Shown: one piece after another, positions 1 to 10,543 of the stretch | Layout: every line of letters begins with the position of its first letter | How positions within the stretch are numbered: the stretch's first letter is position 1 | Assembly: GCF_001194135.2 (NCBI RefSeq) | Contig: NC_068981.1 | Location: forward strand, 4,627,781-4,686,464 | Length of the DNA stretch: 58,684 bases | Origin: Octopus bimaculoides | Lineage: Eukaryota | Direction: 5' to 3' | Made by a program: the position numbers and the translations under genes | Notes under the pieces: generated by a model | Told to the model about the DNA's origin: nothing | What the model saw: the letters and a program-made list of their open reading frames with translations, nothing else | The model's database searches: none

Positions 1-28
1 CGTCTTCCTTTCTATTGGACTTTCCTCT

Positions 29-64
29 GTTTCCGAAGAAGAGCGTTTGCTCGAAATGTTAAAC
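29..64 (+). ncRNA. Minimal type I hammerhead-like motif (degenerate)
   Basis: GTTT / CCGAAGA / A GAGC gttt GCTC / GAAA / T GTT / AAAC. Stem I GTTT:AAAC; core differs from CUGANGA at position 4. Confidence 0.4.
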
Positions 65-168
65 CATCTTTGTTTCCGTCCCTGAGCGTCTGCTAATACT
101 TTACATGTACCACGTCCTCGCGTTGTTGCTTTTTTTGTGTTTGTTCTTCGAGCGTTTATTTCTGTGCT

Positions 169-206
169 TCTTTCTTTCGATGAGCGTAGGCTCGAAACGT
201 AAAAGA
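169..206 (+). ncRNA. Minimal hammerhead-like motif, variant core
   Basis: TCTTT / CTTTCGA / T GAGC gtag GCTC / GAAA / C GTA / AAAGA. Perfect 5-bp stem I, 4-bp stem II, GUA triplet. Confidence 0.45.
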
Positions 207-589
207 TTTTCTCACTTCCAGAGCATTAAACTAATACATCTGTTTGTTGTTTACACACCCGTCTTCGTCTTTTGTTTGTTTGTTTTTTTGTAAATCCGGT
301 CAGGATTTTGCATACATAAAGGCCTAACTCCATGGACAAGCTATCCATGGGGCTAGGCCCTTTATGGATGTGAAACTTTTGGTCACTCTATAACCAGACA
401 TAGACTTAACTGCACATAAATACATTGCTGCTCTATTCTTTAGAGTGTGCCATTTTTTTTGGATGTGACACACTGATGATATATAATATATGCATCATTG
501 TCATCATTTAAGGTCCGTCTTGCATGCTAGCATGGGTTGGACAGTGTCACAGGATCCCACAAACCTGAGGATTGCGTCAAGCATCAATG

Positions 590-1545
590 TTGAAAGCGCA
601 CTAACGCAGGAGGGCGAATTTGACTGTGCTGGCGTGTGTGACCTCGTTGGTTTTTCGTTCTGAATTTGCTTTAAGAAAAAAATTCCCTTCTACTAGGTTT
701 AGCCTTTACAAAGACGATGCTCTGGTCATATTGAGAGGGGTGAACGACCGCCCACTCGACAAGCTTATGAAGGATCTCACCAATATCATTGCTTCCCTTG
801 GCCTCAAGGTGGATTTCCTTGATGTGACCTCGGACTTGGAATCCGATGCCTTTAGGACTTTTAGAAAGCCAAGCGAGAAGCTGGCATACATTAACACAGC
901 GTTCTGACATCCAACCATAGTGTTCAAGGACCTGGTAAAGGAAATCAGCAGAGAAATCTCCGACCTTTTTTCAAGTAAAGAGATTCTTTACGTTGTTGCC
1001 CTTTACGACAATGAAGCTCTAGTTGCCAGCGGTTTTAAGGATAGGCTTACTTATACGCCAAGCCTTAACCCCTCCAAGAGAAAATGCCACCGGAAAGTGT
1101 TATGGGTCATACACGTCTTCTCCTTAAGCGTAAAAACTTGCGTGGGTAAGATTCTCATTAGCTTCATAGATAAATACTTTCCCTGTACGAATAGGTTCAG
1201 TAAAATTTTTAATAGGCCCACCTTAGAAGTTTCCTTTAGCTATGCACCTAATGTAAAAGAGATACTAGTTGGTCGGTACATACCTGAGACACAGGCAGTA
1301 TGCTCATGTAGAGGTAACACCACATGTTCCCTTTATGACCACTGTAACACGGAAACAGTCGTAAATGAAGCAGAGGTAACAGCAAGAGGCTTGAATGCAC
1401 AACCAAACGTGCGGATGTATGTGGGAGCGACAGAAGGTCCCTTTAGAACCAGATTCAATGACCACAAGTCTTCCTTCAATACCCCAGAGACGAAATGCCA
1501 CAGCCTAGCACAAAGTGCAATCTATGAGTAGCAAAGTGGGAAAAA
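590..1545 (+). pseudogene. 5'-truncated Penelope-like retroelement: RT C-terminal half plus GIY-YIG endonuclease, disrupted
   Basis: GEFDCAGVCDLVG (cf. GSFDGAEVCELVG), YKDDAL, VDFLDVT, FRKP..YIN, ALVASGF, KIFNRPTLEVSFS, CSCR..C..C and YVGATEGPFRTRFNDHKSSF. A frameshift near 660 and a stop at 905-907. Confidence 0.9.
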
Positions 1546-2034
1546 AAAAGTATATTAAAAACTCTCAGTACCCAGATATCTACCTAAACTTAGCCCTTGC
1601 CTACATGAAAGCAGGTATATTTTATCGTACCTACGAGCTCCATAATGATTTTCACCAGTTCCCCACCCTTGTCTATTTCACAACTATATCCTGAGAACCC
1701 TAAAATTGTTTAACCAAAACATATACAGGCGACCACACACACATATGTGCCCCAACATGGGATTAAGCGTTCGGGAGCACACGCACAAATGCATTTGATA
1801 TATGTAAAATCCTTAGAAACTAAAAATAACGCCTGTCTTTTCGTCTATATTAATGTCCGAAATTCCGTTCATATCTCGGATGTTTGGGGTATTTTTAGTT
1901 CTAACAGAGAAAATCAGTTTTATATATTATTTATTCTAAATATAACACGAAACAGTATACAACATATTAGCTACAATAACGAAAGAGTGCTGACAGTAGA
2001 TAACTTCACACACACACACACACGCATACACACA

Positions 2035-2245
2035 CACAAGCGTGTCTGTGTTGTCTCCCACCACTGTTTGACAACCCGTGTTGGTGTGTTTACGTCCCCA
2101 TAACTTAGCGGTTCGGCGAAAGTAATTGCTAGAATGTGTACCAGGTTTAAAAACAAAACAAATACAGTAGTCGATTCGTTCGACTAAAATTCTTTGAGGC
2201 GGTGCCCCAGCATGGCCGCAGTCTCACACTAACTGAAATAAGTAT
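2035..2245 (+). mobile_element. SINE family A, 3' half
   Basis: gtgtttacgtcccc.taacttagcggttcggc ... ggcggtgccccagcatggccgcagtc, shared with more than 10 other copies in the window. Confidence 0.85.
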
Positions 2246-2436
2246 GAGATAAAGTTGATGAAATATTGATTTATTATTAGCAATATTTTCGTATTTTAAG
2301 AAACCGATATAATTGATTTGTAAAGGATAAAATAATGAATACAAATCAATATATAACCTATCGTATCATTATAATAAAATTCTTAGTTAATGTAATTATA
2401 ATTTTGCCACGGGCGACTTAGATTTTTCGTTCGTAG

Positions 2437-2637
2437 CATTGTCATAGAAGACTGGGTCTTCGGATTGTTCATTCTTGGTAATAACGTTGGTTAATTCATT
2501 TATTTAACTGCAAAAGTGTTGTTAATCCTTTATTTCTTGTTTAATTACGAAAATGACACGAGTTGTAGAAATATTTTTTACTTTAAATACCAGAATATCC
2601 AGAAGACATTGCGAGTGAGAGATGTCATCTCATCTAA
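2437..2637 (+). CDS. Candidate last two small coding exons (2437-2477, 2594-2637) of an unidentified gene
   Basis: AG/GT-bounded and phase-compatible, giving IVIEDWVFGLFILEYPEDIASERCHLI*. AATAAA at 2646-2651. No homolog recognised. Confidence 0.25.
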
Positions 2638-4639
2638 TCAAGTTCAATAAAATGATTTGTGATATATGCACAGAACGTGACTTAGCCGATCATATCGTTA
2701 TCTGTACTTCGCTATGTATTTTGTTTTATTGGTCCCAGGAGCAAAGGAATGCGAGTTCGACATCAGCGAGATTTGAACCCTGACAAACTAAAGGGACATA
2801 ACCTACGATTAACTTCAACTTCAGCCAATTTTGTCCTCTGTCTAAGGAATCGATCACAATTAGTTTTAATTTAAAGAATAATACATCACTGTTATTGTTA
2901 TTTTATTTTATAATGAGCACAAGCTTAGTTATTAAACAGTATGTTGTAGCCGAAATAACTGCTCCTGTGTTGGTTCGACAAACTACATGAGGAACAGCCG
3001 TCAGTGGTTTCAGCGGATTTCACCTTAAATTTAACAGAGCAAACAACATGAAAAAAAGAAACAATCTTTTGTCGAAATTACTTTTAAGAGAATACTTAAA
3101 CCTTCTATAATAATGGTTAAAACTTCGTCGAAAGAATATAGTGGGAAAATGATATGTTGATGTAGCGCTGTTCATAGCATGTGACAGAACCAAGTGTCCC
3201 AGGGCAAAAACATTCCTTTTGATACTAACCCGTCCAAGACCGCCTTTGATTCCATGATACAAAATCCCTATTTTAAAGGGATTCAAATTAAAACTTTCCA
3301 TGTTAATTTACGTTCCAATCACCAGATTAATAATGATAAAGTTATTTTACAAAATTGAGACAAAGGCAATGTTTTTCTACAGACATCTACTATGAACTTT
3401 TTATAATTAAAACTGGATTAAAACATGGACTATGAATTGCTGGTGTAAATTGCAGTAGCATTGTTTGTTTGACGGATAGAAAATAGTTCTCTATACTCAA
3501 TAAGTTCAACCTCAACGCTCAAAATATTAACTTGTTACGTAAGTGTGAAAGGCCTTAACAGCTAAAAGAAAACTGTTCTGGTATTTATAGGGGAGGAGGA
3601 AATGGGGGAAAAAGTTGTGTAACATCCGTGTCTTCTTCCAAGGTTATTTCTGTCACAAACCTTCGTCTGTCCAGAAACCTTCTCTCTATTTTATGAGGCA
3701 TAATACTAAACTATGGAAACAAGACAGAGACAGAGATTAAACTTGATCTCTCTGACGATGTATAGAACTAAAGGAAATATCAAGTATTTATTTTTCAATT
3801 TTCATGTTTGACATGTTAAAACGATTACAGGCAGCAAACTCAGTATAATCTATTAAGGGAGAGAAGAAGATATGGCTTAAAAATTTTTGCAAATTCTTCT
3901 CTCACCTTGCTTTTTATTAATAATTTTAGCAGATCAACGACTCGAAATAGTCGCTATTATTTTATTTACTCTACACACATCAATGAGTTGTATACATCGT
4001 ATACAATAACAATAAACTGATTTTTAATTAAACTATATTATGTTTGAATGTTTAATTATTAGTTTCAAATTTTGGCTCAAGGCCTGCAGTTTTCGAGAGA
4101 GTGGGTAAGTCAATTACACCGATCCAAGTTCTCAACAGGTAATTATTTTATCGACCCCAAAAGGATGAAAGGCAAAGTCGACCTCGGTGAAATTTGAATT
4201 CAGAACGTAAAAAATGATGAAATGTCGCAAGAAATAAATATATATAAACAAAATATAATTACAATTACATTTTCCTAAGTGTCCTTGTACTAGGACAATA
4301 GGGTGTGGTTTGAGAGAGATTTCACTGCTATTTCTAGCATGTTGATCAATTATTTAGTGTTTCTCAACTATTTTTCACCTATGGACTCTTTTGATTCCCT
4401 TTTTACTCAGATGGACCCCCGTAGCCATTTGATTTTATTCTTTGTAAGCCTGGTACTTATTCCATCCTTCTCTTTTGCCGAACCGCTAGGTTACGGGGAA
4501 GCAAACACACCAGCATCGGTTGTCAAGCGATGGTGGGAGACAAACACAGACACACAAACATATACATACATACATATATATATAAACTCTGCCAAATCAG
4601 ATTGGAGCCTGGTGTGGCCTTCTGGTATATATATATATA

Positions 4640-5005
4640 TATCATCATCATCATCGTTTAACGTCCGCTTTCCATGATAGCATGGGTTGGACGATTTGAC
4701 TGAGGACTGGTGAAACCAGATGGCTACATCAGGCTCCAATCTGATTTGGCAGAGTTTCTATGGCTGGATGCCCTTTCTAACGCCAACCACTCCGAGAGTG
4801 TAGTAAGTGCTTTTATGTGCCACCGGCACGAAGGCCAGTCAGGCGGTACTGGCAACGGCCACACTCAAAATGATGTATTTTACGTGCCACCTGCACAGGA
4901 GCCAGTCCAGCGGCACTGGCAACGATCTCGCTCGAATGTCTTTACATGTGCCACCGGCACAAGTGCCAAGAAGGTGACACTGGGCACAGGTGCCATCACG
5001 ATTTC
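4640..5005 (-). mobile_element. SINE family C (RTE-type 3' end with (GAT)n tail)
   Basis: catcatcat-cgtttaacgtccgctttccatg.tagcatgggttggacg... shared with 13735, 27590-27785, 35372, 38400-38825, 40665-40995 and 45290. Confidence 0.85.
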
Positions 5006-5179
5006 GCTATATATATATATATATATATATGGCGCGCTTCTTTCAGTTTCCATCTCCCAAATCCACTCACAAGGCTTTGGTCGGCCTGAGGCTATAGTAG
5101 AAGACACTTGCTGAAGGTGCCTCGCAGTGGGACTGAACCCAGAACCATGTAGTTGAGAAGTAATCTTCTTACCACCATT

Positions 5180-5372
5180 AGGAGTTTTGTAGGAAAATGG
5201 TTAAAATGTTTTTTTGTATTGTAGAAGTACAACCAATTTATTGCAGATAAATTTTGACACCAAAATCTTATATGGACCCCCAAAAGGTCATACGAACCCC
5301 AAAAGGTCATACGAACCCCAAAAGGTCATACGAACCCCCAAAGGTCATGTGGACCCTAGTTGAGAACCACTG
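5180..5372. mobile_element. One end of a hAT (Charlie/Buster-type) MITE with a 19-20 bp subterminal tandem repeat
   Basis: Ends in gttgagaaccactg followed by ttttagag (NTNTAGAN-like target). About 4 copies of ggtcatacgaacccc(c)aaaa at about 5270-5355. The other end was not found. Confidence 0.65.
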
Positions 5373-6044
5373 TTTTAGAGTCTTAGAAGTGAACACAGTG
5401 AAGGCAAAATAGGGGCCGCACTTTTATGTTTGTTTGTTCTGTTGGCCCACCCTGGTAAAAGAGACTGCGTTCATGGCAAGTCTTCACAAATTTCTGAGAT
5501 CAGTGACCTCTTGAACAGCCACTGCCAGAACGATGCAATATTTTAGGATTTATTAGAGGAGGTTGGCAGCATTTAAGATTACAGAAGCAACAAATGTTAA
5601 TAAAGGAGACTGTGTAATTAAAATTAATTACAATAATGGAAACTGCACATTTCAGATAGCCAAACATGAGTCACTGGGTTTCACTGAGTAGGAAATTTAT
5701 AATTATAGTTTAAATCTGACTCATTAAAAGGCAACAACAACAACATCATCATCATCATCATTGTCATCAACAAAATCATCATCACCATTATTGTCATCAC
5801 CATCATCATCATTGTTTAATGACCACTTTTCCATGTTTGCATGAATCAGATGGAATTTTCTGAGACAGATCTACAACTGGATGCTCTTCCTGTCACTAAT
5901 CTTCGTCTGTTTCCAAGCAAGGTAATATTTCCCTTTGGATAGACATGTTTTCACAGAAGATTGAAAACAAAGGCTGTCACTTGTATGATGGCAAGGCTCG
6001 TATACAAACATCACATAATGTCAAGACAAGGAGACACACACATG

Positions 6045-6063
6045 CACCACCACCACCACCACC

Positions 6064-6139
<76 letters not shown>
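6045..6139. repeat. Compound (CAC)n(CAT)n microsatellite
   Basis: Read directly from the sequence. Confidence 0.98.
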
Positions 6140-6311
6140 ATGTCTGTCTCCCATGCTAGCGCGTACACACACACACATCATGGGCTTCTTTCAGTTTCCG
6201 CCAGCCAAATCCACTCACAAGTCTTTGATTGGTCCAGGGCTACAACAGAAAACACTTGCCCAAGGTGCCATGCAGTGGGGCTGAACCCAGCACCATATGG
6301 CTGAGAATTAA

Positions 6312-6684
6312 ATACCAGCAGATGACAACGTTTCCCTAAAAGAAATGGAGAAACTTTCAAAATACAAAGACCTGGAAATAGAGGTAACTTGAATGTGGAA
6401 TCTAAAAACAGAAACAATTCCTGTCATAGTAGGTGCCTTAGGTATAATAAAAAAATATTCAGACAAATACATAACAAAAACACCAGGACTTACAAATATA
6501 TATAACATACAGAAAATTGCACTACTGGGCACTGCACACATCCTACGCAAAACACTTTCAATACAGTAACCATAAGAGCACCACAGCAAACCACAGCACA
6601 TACCCAAGGCACACAGAGCTGCGCTCGGTAGTGAAGTGAAAGCACGTTATAAAAATAGAACTACTGAATAATAATAATAATAAT
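6312..6684 (+). pseudogene. R4/Dong-like non-LTR retrotransposon 3' end: restriction-like endonuclease C-terminus, 3' UTR and (TAA)n tail
   Basis: IPADDNVSLKEMEKLSKYKDLEIEVT*MWNLKTETIPVIVGALG...IQKIALLGTAHILRKTLSIQ*. One internal TGA. (TAA)n at about 6668-6684. Confidence 0.85.
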
Positions 6685-6951
6685 CTGTACTGCCCAAGAA
6701 CAAGCATTAAGAATGAATTACATCAAATACAGAATAGACAACACATCAGAAAGCGATAAGTGCAGAATTTGCGGACAAAATGGTGAAACCATATGGCATA
6801 TTACCAGTCAATGTACGCCATTAGACCAGAAAGAATATAAGAGACAACATGACAATATAGCAAGGATTGACAATTGGACACTTTGCAACAAGTACAGACT
6901 TGACAGAGCAAAAAAGTGGTACGAACATAAATCCGAAGGCATCATCGAAAA
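6685..6951 (+). pseudogene. R4/Dong-like CCHC zinc-knuckle fragment
   Basis: AQEQALRMNYIKYRID...DKCRICGQNGETIWHITSQC...EYKRQHDNIAR...KWYEHKSEGIIEN, flanked by (TAA)n on both sides. Confidence 0.85.
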
Positions 6952-7059
6952 TAATAATAATAATCCTTTCTACTATAGGCACAAGGCCTGAAATTTTGGG
7001 TGACACATGTCACGCACACATGGTTGTGATGCATGTACCTGGTGTACCCTTATCAGACG

Positions 7060-7330
7060 AGTAGTCATGCTTGAATGGTGCTTTTTACGTGCCACCAGCA
7101 CAGGAGTCAGTCAGGCGGCACTGGCAACGACCACACTCGAATGGTGCTTTTTACATGCCACTGGCATGGTACCACTCAGCCAGCAGTGGCATCAACCACA
7201 CTTGAATGGTGCTTTTTATGTGCCACTGGCATGGGAGCCAGTCAGGCGGCACTGGCAACAATCACGCTTTAATGGTGCTTTTAACGTGCCACTATCATGA
7301 GTGCCAATCAGGCAGTACTGTCATCGGCCA
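7060..7330. repeat. Internal variable tandem repeat of SINE family C
   Basis: About 4 units beginning gaatggtgctttt(t)a.gtgcca. Confidence 0.75.
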
Positions 7331-7769
7331 CGAGAACGATTTCAAATTTTGGCACAATTTCAGGGGAGGGAATAAGTCGATTACATCGACACCCAGTGCT
7401 TGATTGGTCCTTCTTTTATTGTCCCTGAAAGAATAAAAGGCNNNNNNNNNNNNNNNNNNNNNNNNNNNNNNNNNNNNNNNNNNNNNNNNNNNNNNNNNNN
7501 NNNNNNNNNNATTTCAGTCATGACCATGCTGTCATTTTAAGAATAAGAAGGACTACATTCTCTAATATATATCCATTCCTTTCCCAAGACAACAGAATGT
7601 ATGATGGAGATTTGGCTGCTATTTCTGGCAAACTAAGCAACTACACAGAGCAGTGATTCTCACCCTTTTCAATATCTGGGCCAAATCCCAAACCTGGATT
7701 TCTGGTGGGGCGAGGGGACTGCACCAGAAAATTTTGAGCTGAGTGGGGGTGCTAGATTCCCTTGTTCAA

Positions 7770-7890
7770 AAATATAAGGACACAGATCATGTCATATAGC
7801 CAGCTGGAGATGATGTCTCCTGGGGCTAAATTACAGTAACATTAGTCCTAAACCAGGACTGCAATGTTATGTTGGCAAACAAACTTTACT
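7770..7890. mobile_element. One-armed copy of the long-TIR MITE seen at 26219-26398
   Basis: gccagctggagatgatgtctcctggggctaaattacag...cctaaaccaggactgc is the reverse complement of 26240-26320. Confidence 0.75.
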
Positions 7891-8845
7891 ATAAAGTACT
7901 TTTGCTTTCCTTCATTGGACACTAAACTCCACTTGCGAAGACCTGTTGAAGCAAGTGAAATCGAAATCGAAATAAATTCGACTGGCACCCATGCCTATGT
8001 TGTCTACTTCATTGGACACGAAACTCGGCTTGCGAAGACCTGTTGGGGCATTCTTGGCACTTGTGCCGGTAGCACGTGTAAAGACATTCGAGCGAGATCG
8101 TTGCCAGTGCCGCGGGACTGACTCCTGTGCAGGTGGCACGTAAAATACACCATTTTGAGCGTGGCCGTTGCCAGTACTGCCAGACTGGCCTTCGTGCTGG
8201 TGGCACATAAAAGCACACACTACACTCTCGGAGTGGTTGATGTTAGGAAGGGCATCCAGCTGTAGAAACTCTGCCAAATCAGATTGGAGCCTGGTGCAGC
8301 CTTTAGGTTCCACCAGTCCTCAGTCAAATCGTCCAACCCATGCTNNNNNNNNNNNNNNNNNNNNNNNNNNNNNNNNNNNNNNNNNNNNNNNNNNNNNNNN
8401 NNNNNNNNNNNNNNNNNNNNNNNNNNNNNNNNNNNNNNNNNNNNNNNNNNNNNNNNNNNNNNNNNNNNNNNNNNNNNNNNNNNNNNNNNNNNNNNNNNNN
8501 NNNNNNNNNNNNNNNNNNNNNNNNNNNNNNNNNNNNNNNNNNNNNNNNNNNNNNNNNNNNNNNNNNNNNNNNNNNNNNNNNNNNNNNNNNNNNNNNNNNN
8601 NNNNNNNNNNNNNNNNNNNNNNNNNNNNNNTTTGGTTGCTTTTTCGAGAAGGTCAAGTGACCGCATACAGGCTCCCTCATTAATTTGTATCCATGGAAGT
8701 TACATTAAAATCCTAATGAACACATTTAATTAAATCTGTGAAAATGTTATATTAACTGAACATGGTAATAAAAAAAATGCAATAACTGGTTCAAGAATTG
8801 CAAAATAATGGCAGAATTTGGTAAAAATTCATTTTGTTACCACTT

Positions 8846-9135
8846 TTAACCCTTTTGTTACCATATTTCTGTTGAAACACTGCTTTTGTTTCAATTAATT
8901 TTGAAAATGAAGAAGAAACTCGTCATTATTAAACTGGTGTTTGGAATAGAACACAAAATTTTGATGGAAGGTTTTTAGATCACTTTAACCCTTTTGTTAC
9001 CATATTTCTGTTGAAATACACTGTCTTTGTTTCAATTAATGTTGAAAATAATGAAGAACTTAGGGAAACAACTTTTGTCATTATCAAGCTGGTGTTTTGA
9101 ATATATAAGCTAGCATGGATGGTTTTAATTAAGAT
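8846..9135. repeat. Two head-to-tail copies (about 139 bp) of a dispersed TTAA-CCCTTT-initiated repeat
   Basis: ttaacccttttgttaccatatttctgttgaaa at 8846 and 8985. Related copies at about 37360-37510 (reverse) and about 51870-52110. Confidence 0.75.
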
Positions 9136-9236
9136 CAACTTGTTTCAGGATAACATGAAATACATTAACTGAAAGTTTAAACACACACAATAAATAAATA
9201 ATACAAGACAGAAACAAAATAAATATTTTCGTTAAT

Positions 9237-10289
9237 TTATTTCTTTGAAAAATACTTATCCAAAGTCATTTGTGTTCCGTTTTTATTGTTTTCTTTCATT
9301 TTCTCTGCATGAATCTGTTTGTAGCAAGACAGTACATTGTCCAAGTTCTGCTGAACTTTTGTTCTTCTTTCAATGTTAGGGTCAATATCCATTATTAACT
9401 GCTTGAATTTTTCAAATTCTTGAAACATTGTATCAAGTCCTTTTACAGTAATTTCTATCTTTTGTTCTTCATCTTTATCGTCTGCTTGACCGACTGCTTT
9501 TTTGTACATACACTCTCGACTTAAATTAAGGAGTTCATCATCACTTAATCCTTTTGAATGAGGTTCAAACAAATCCTCATCGTTTCTATTGTCTTTTTCA
9601 TCAAAATCAAGCAAAGGTTGTGGTTTTTGTATATTTTCTTTCTTTATTAAAAACGTTTTCGAAGGCATTTTTACCCAATATAAGTTCATTTCATCAGTAT
9701 TAAATAATTGTTTGTCATCGTAATCTCGTTCTTCAATTATTTTTTTAAAAGTGTTTGGATCTTTGTCTCTTGTATATTTGTCTACACATCCAGCCTCCCC
9801 TGTTATACGAACATTGTGAATCCCTGTCCGAGTTTTAAACCTCTCAAACCAACCAGAACTAGCAGTAAAAGTCTCTTTCATTTCTGCTGCTGTTAGAATT
9901 TCATTTTCTTTCATTAAATTTCTTTTAATTGCAGAGAAAATATTTAAAGCTTTCATTTTAATAGTCATAGTGTTTAGAGGAATTTGCTTAAGGTTGCAAT
10001 CTTCAATCCACAAAGACAAAAGATGCTCCATTTCAATCATAATCCGACTTCTATTCCTTGTTGTTTGCAGACCCAAAGTTGACGCCACTTTACCTTTTTC
10101 CTTATAGTCATCAATTTTCTTTAGAATTGCTCTCACAGTCGACTCATTCATTCCTAAATCTCGTCCTATTTTTGCTTTACTTTCACCACGTTCATGCCTT
10201 TTTATAATTTCCAATTTACTATCCAGAGTTAACACTTTCCTCCTCCTCTTAACACCAGAATTAACCTCATCAATCTTTCTTTTATCCAT
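9237..10289 (-). CDS. Tigger/pogo (CENP-B/TIGD-like) transposase-derived protein, 350 aa, lacking the DDE core
   Basis: Uninterrupted ORF from ATG at 10289 (the ORF track starts at an upstream TTG). N-terminal HTH (RRRKVLTLDSKLEIIKRHERGES...IGRDLGMNESTVRAILK), CENP-B/Tc5 HTH (MEHLLSLWIED...KALNIF...FTASSGWFERFKTR), start of the DDE domain (LFNTDEMNLYWVKMPSKTF), then a direct jump to the Tigger C-terminal region ending QMTLDKYFSKK. Confidence 0.8.
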   Translation of the reverse strand: MDKRKIDEVNSGVKRRRKVLTLDSKLEIIKRHERGESKAKIGRDLGMNESTVRAILKKIDDYKEKGKVASTLGLQTTRNRSRIMIEMEHLLSLWIEDCNLKQIPLNTMTIKMKALNIFSAIKRNLMKENEILTAAEMKETFTASSGWFERFKTRTGIHNVRITGEAGCVDKYTRDKDPNTFKKIIEERDYDDKQLFNTDEMNLYWVKMPSKTFLIKKENIQKPQPLLDFDEKDNRNDEDLFEPHSKGLSDDELLNLSRECMYKKAVGQADDKDEEQKIEITVKGLDTMFQEFEKFKQLIMDIDPNIERRTKVQQNLDNVLSCYKQIHAEKMKENNKNGTQMTLDKYFSKK

Positions 10290-10543
10290 AATTAAGGTCA
10301 AATTACATTTAGTACTTTAATGTCTATCACTGTACAAATGGAAGTTAGAATGATTTACATAAAAACACTATAAAATGGCGACTAACCTCCACACCACACT
10401 AACAGCTAAATATATTGTTCCAATTCATAAGTCATGTGACCTTTAAGTTGTTCTCTATTACATCTACATGACAATGTATAAATATATATATACTGCATCA
10501 GTATATAAAACCGTGCAAATTCAAAGCCATGATAATTAAAGGT

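Larger units (their letters stand above)
1..290 (+). mobile_element. Penelope-like element terminal (pLTR/3' UTR) fragment made of two related units, each headed by a hammerhead-like motif
   Basis: Units at about 25-165 and 165-290 resemble each other and the reverse complements of 44690-44820 and 52150-52280. Each has a GAGC-loop-GCTC-GAAA stem typical of PLE terminal repeats. Confidence 0.65.

Noticed and set aside
3230-3267. Possible 38-nt minus-strand micro-exon (donor GTTAGT)
   Set aside because: All three frames are open so the frame is undetermined, and there is no supporting context.
5270-5355. Short repeat arrays resembling CRISPR (also 19845-19958 and 27326-27482)
   Set aside because: Contiguous tandem units without unique spacers, no cas genes, eukaryotic context.
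5945-6304. Poly-His, poly-Pro/Ser and poly-Asp/Gly ORFs
   Set aside because: They are translations of the (CAC)n(CAT)n microsatellite, flanked by SINE sequence.
8168-8733. ORFs spanning N-runs (also at about 42350, 43820-44330 and 57720-58250)
   Set aside because: They are open only because of assembly gaps.
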